Positions 62,302 to 64,000 of a DNA stretch of 64,000 nt are shown in pieces; the first letter of the stretch is position 1, and each line of letters opens with the position of its first letter. The stretch comes from Amphiscolops sp. MND2022 (Eukaryota): positions 69,194,001 to 69,258,000 of the forward strand of contig OZ076409.1 of NCBI GenBank assembly GCA_964187785.1. The letters are read 5' to 3'. The position numbers were made by a program, and so were the translations under genes. The notes beneath the pieces are model-generated. The model made no database searches. It was given only the letters and a program-made list of their open reading frames with translations, and was not told where the DNA came from.

Positions 62302-62680
62302 AATCGTCCGTGCGAAGCCGCCTCTTGTTCATTGACCTCGCAGGCGCCGTGGCGTCTAGGAGCTCCTCTGACGAAAGTAACTCCCATTCACCTTTATACG
62401 CTACTCTTGACCCAGACGTGACGTCATCAGATCTGACGTCATCGGACGTGACTTCACCAAACCTAAACTCACAGTCAAACATGATGACACAGCAGAATTT
62501 GATGACGTCAAAAATTCATCAGATAGCCACAGAGGTTTCATTGTCTCAACAGAAGTTGCATTCTACGCTAAGATCACCAATGCCTGAAGACGAATCGAAC
62601 CAAGATTTCAACCAGTACCATTCAGCAATGCAGAATGCGCTTCTGAACCTTCTCAATGGAGGAAGAACGAACTTTCCTTG
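62302..62680 (+). CDS. KIF26: KIF26-like kinesin exon (switch II to helix 4); gene apparently continues beyond the window
   Basis: TTTTTGTTCAG acceptor; VRSRLLFIDLAGAV ... SAMQNALLNLLNGGRTNFP; donor GTAAAT at 62681. Confidence 0.82.
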
Positions 62681-62709
62681 GTAAATGTCCAATTTTGGAT
62701 TCCAGAGCA

Positions 62710-62845
62710 GCCCATCCATGGGCCATCGATGAATCATTGCGACCCATCGATGGACCATGACATGGGTGCCATGCGTTATCGATGGGCCATCGAGGGGACC
62801 GTGCTGATCTCCCATCAATGTGCCATCGCGATATCGGTCATGGTA
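62710..62845. repeat. Cluster of CCATCGATGG-like palindromic motifs in the intron
   Basis: Repeated CCATCGATG / CCATGG / ATCGATGGGCCATCGA units. Confidence 0.6.
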
Positions 62846-64000
62846 TCATTTTTTCACTAATTTTACAAAAAAGTTTTGATAGAAAGGGGATGTAATGAGA
62901 GAAGAATCAATTTTCTAAAGGAATCTTATCACAATATTGCAGAAAATAGTTATACATGACTGTATGAGCTTCAGAGAAAGCTCACACTGTTTGAAATGTA
63001 TCAGAAATTGGTCAATGGATTCCCAAATTAATCCATAGTACCAAGTGGCATCTCAAAATGCCAATAAAAAATAAAAAATCTATTATTGAAAAGAAAGAGG
63101 CCTTCACTGCAGATGGAACAGTTCCTCGAGAAACAATACATCCGAGAACCAGACTTGAAAACTGGCAGTTTTTACAAATAGCAGCAGAAAATGGAAAAAA
63201 AATTTAAAATCTTCGGTTATAATCCCACAGGTGTGTCAAAACAATTTTTGAAGTTTTGCAATGTTTTGCTTGAGGTACAGCGGTAAAATATTAATTGAAA
63301 ATTATAATTGAGTCTTTCATCAATTGGATGAAAAGTAATCACTATTTTTGCTGTTATTTTTGGGAAAGTTGGTTAAAGTTGGTTTTGTCCAATTGATTTA
63401 AGACTCAATTATAATTTTTTATTGATACTTTATCCCAGTACCCCAAGCAAAACGGCAAAACTTCAAATATTGCTTTTTTGAAACAAGTGTGGTTTGATAT
63501 CAGGTCATTCTGCCGCCAGCATCTGATACTGAATTGATTTCTCCTATTTATGAAAAGAATTCGCCTGAGATTATAACATGAAAGGTTGCATTAAAAATCG
63601 GCGCATTGAATCCAATTTTGTTATAATTACAAGCTTCCCGAAAAATGAAAATGTTTGAACTTTAAGTAATTACTACTCCATCTTGTAAACAAGTTTTCAA
63701 TGCGCCGAAAGAACTCTGAGCAAGTTTTCAACGATTTTTTAAAGAGCTGAACACATTGATGCTAATCGAAAAAGCTGTTTGAAATCATCTAACATTCATA
63801 AACAAGTTTAGAAAAAAAAAACAAAAACTGCCTGCCTGTAGCCAAGAGTTTGTATCTAAATTGTCCATCGAGTTTGAACAAACATGATCAGCACTCGAAC
63901 AAAAACTTCTCATTCAATTTAATCACGCATAACTTTGACCTACACGTCATGGGATCAAAAATTGAATCAAACAAATTCAATTCACTCATTCTGTTTTTAT

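Overview
This is AT-rich, intron-containing animal (invertebrate-like) genomic DNA dominated by transposons; the species cannot be determined from the window. (1) A 17.7-kb LTR retroelement lies on the minus strand (10543-28246), with 422-bp LTRs differing at 8 positions, a 4-bp TSD CTCG and a PBS. It has a complex-retrovirus-like layout: an extended gag-pol, then an env-like gene whose motifs match chuvirus-type class III fusion glycoproteins, then at least two further orphan ORFs. All ORFs carry a few frameshifts or stops. This is the most novel system in the window. (2) A 5.8-kb Ty3/Gypsy element (42437-48255, minus) is flanked by a 537-bp direct duplication instead of a normal TSD. (3) DNA-transposon material includes a hAT relic with a perfect 8-bp TSD, a Tc1 remnant, several MITEs and six copies of a Helentron/HINE-like repeat. 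(4) Six plus-strand exons (54795-62680) encode the motor domain of a KIF26/vab-8-like kinesin-11, whose gene appears to continue beyond the window. All homology calls are motif recognition by eye; no searches were run.
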